The position numbers were made by a program, and so were the translations under genes. A DNA stretch of 50,485 nt from Phoronis australis (lineage: Eukaryota > Animalia > Phoronida), in assembly GCA_002633005.1 (NCBI GenBank), contig NMRA01001067.1:10177-60661 (forward strand), given 5' to 3'. Below the pieces are notes generated by a model, which saw only the letters and a list, made by a program, of their open reading frames with translations, had not been told where the DNA came from and searched no databases. This document shows, in pieces, positions 49,036 to 50,485 of the stretch (position 1 is its first letter; every line of letters starts with the position of its first letter).

Positions 49036-50485
49036 TTTTTTTAAGTGATAAATATTCATTGAAGTATACACAGAACATACAAAGAAATAATGACAAACCC
49101 AGAAATCGCGAAGCATTATATCTGGGTTGTAAACAATTCATAAATGAAACTAATATACATAGAGGTATATACAGTTAAGTAGTATCTAATATAAGTATTC
49201 CAATACTTAGATATGCTATAATATTACAAATATATAAAAACAATAATATGTACAGATTCATGTATGGAAATCAGATGCAACAATATTGATAAACGGTACA
49301 CAAAAAATTACCAACGTTGCTTAGGATGAATTCGTTGAGAATGAGGTCAAGGTTAGGACTACCATTCAATAATAATGTAACTCTAGTAGGGATATTATTA
49401 CAAGAATTGAGAGTGTTAACAATTGATTGGTTTTCATTGAGTGCACGAAAGAGTGAGTCTCTCAGGTATTCGATGAGGGGACATTTGAAGAAAACATTTG
49501 GATAAGATTGATGGTCACCACATTTACAATTTGGAGAGACATTACTAAAGTTGTGCCTGAACTTGTCAGAGTTGAGGAAAAGGCCACATCTTGATCTGTA
49601 CGATGCTATTTCGTTATCGCGGGGAAGGGAGAATTGAGTCAAGGGTGTTGAGTTATCTAAATTATGAAAAAGTTCTAAAATTATTTTTTATACTCGTAAA
49701 AGAGTTGCTTTCCTCAACAGAGACTGGAAGAGAATTCCAGTTGTTGATGCACATCATGACTGTAGACCTTCTGAATGCCTGACTGAACGACGGAGGAATT
49801 GCATATCGGGTGGAGGATCTCAAATCACTAAGATGGCCTTGTCTAGTGTATAGACCAAATATTTTTTGACAGAAACGTTGTTGACATTGTTTAATACCTT
49901 GAAAGTAAATGTGGTCATGTGAAGATTGCGTCGAGTATACAGTTTGGGCCACTTGAGACTATTCATAACCTTAACACCGTGACTATTGGATCCCCTGTAA
50001 GCTCCGGTTATGAGTAAGGCAGCTTGATATTGTAACTTCTCCAAATGTTGGAGAGCACCCGTATTGGCAGACTGATATATAATATCACAATATTCAATGT
50101 GTGGAAGTATAAATGATTTGAACAGAACTTCTAAATGTGTAGAATTCAGATGACGAGAGACAAGCTTAAGTGGGTTGATTAGTTTCTGAGTTTTTTGTAC
50201 GAGCTCCCGAACGTGAGGGGTGAATAATAGCATTTCATCTAACAGTATACCCAGATGTCTGTGCGACTGTTTTCTATGAATGATTTCATCATTAAGTTTA
50301 AGGTCACAAGACGGGTCAACAAGGAAGAGAGCATTAATAGATTTAGAGAAGGTGAGGTCAACGTTTTTTTCTGGTTTAAAATTCATTCTCCATTCTTGTG
50401 ACCAATAGCTGAGTTTATTGAAGTCGTGTTGAAGCTGCAAAGAACATTCAGGGCTGCTCCCTGTGAAGGGGTAAAAAAGCGCCGT
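49036..50485 (-). mobile_element. CR1/L2-clade LINE, 3' part of ORF2 and 3' UTR
   Basis: LQHDFNKLSYWSQEWRMNFKPEK, HRHLGILLD, FILPHIEYCDIIY, NWNSLP and C-terminal CKCG..FFKCP, with frameshifts and an A-rich tail at 49036-49042. Confidence 0.88.

Overview
AT-rich, intron-containing, transposon-dense animal genomic DNA with three assembly gaps. The repeat and gene families suggest a marine invertebrate, probably a mollusc or other lophotrochozoan (inference). The main host content is a minus-strand tandem gene family encoding small secreted proteins: signal peptide + Methyltransf_FA (FAMeT-like, PF12248-type) domain + C-terminal chitin-binding type-2 (CBM14/peritrophin-A-like) domain. Copy B (17314-21861) can be spliced by hand into a complete 235-aa ORF. 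Copy A (2661-5172) lacks its last exon in this window. Copy C (46763-47626) shows only its last two exons. Copy D (33651-33831) is a broken terminal-exon relic. A and B lie in a segmental duplication, so each provides empty sites for insertions in the other: a gag-only Gypsy element with a nested foldback transposon, a Kolobok-like element, a piggyBac-like element and several MITEs. Also present are a frameshifted protein-kinase pseudogene missed by the ORF track, L1/Tx1 and CR1-type LINE fragments, a second Gypsy remnant, Academ-like remnants, hAT5-like non-autonomous elements and several minisatellites. All family assignments come from motif recognition by eye; no database search was run.
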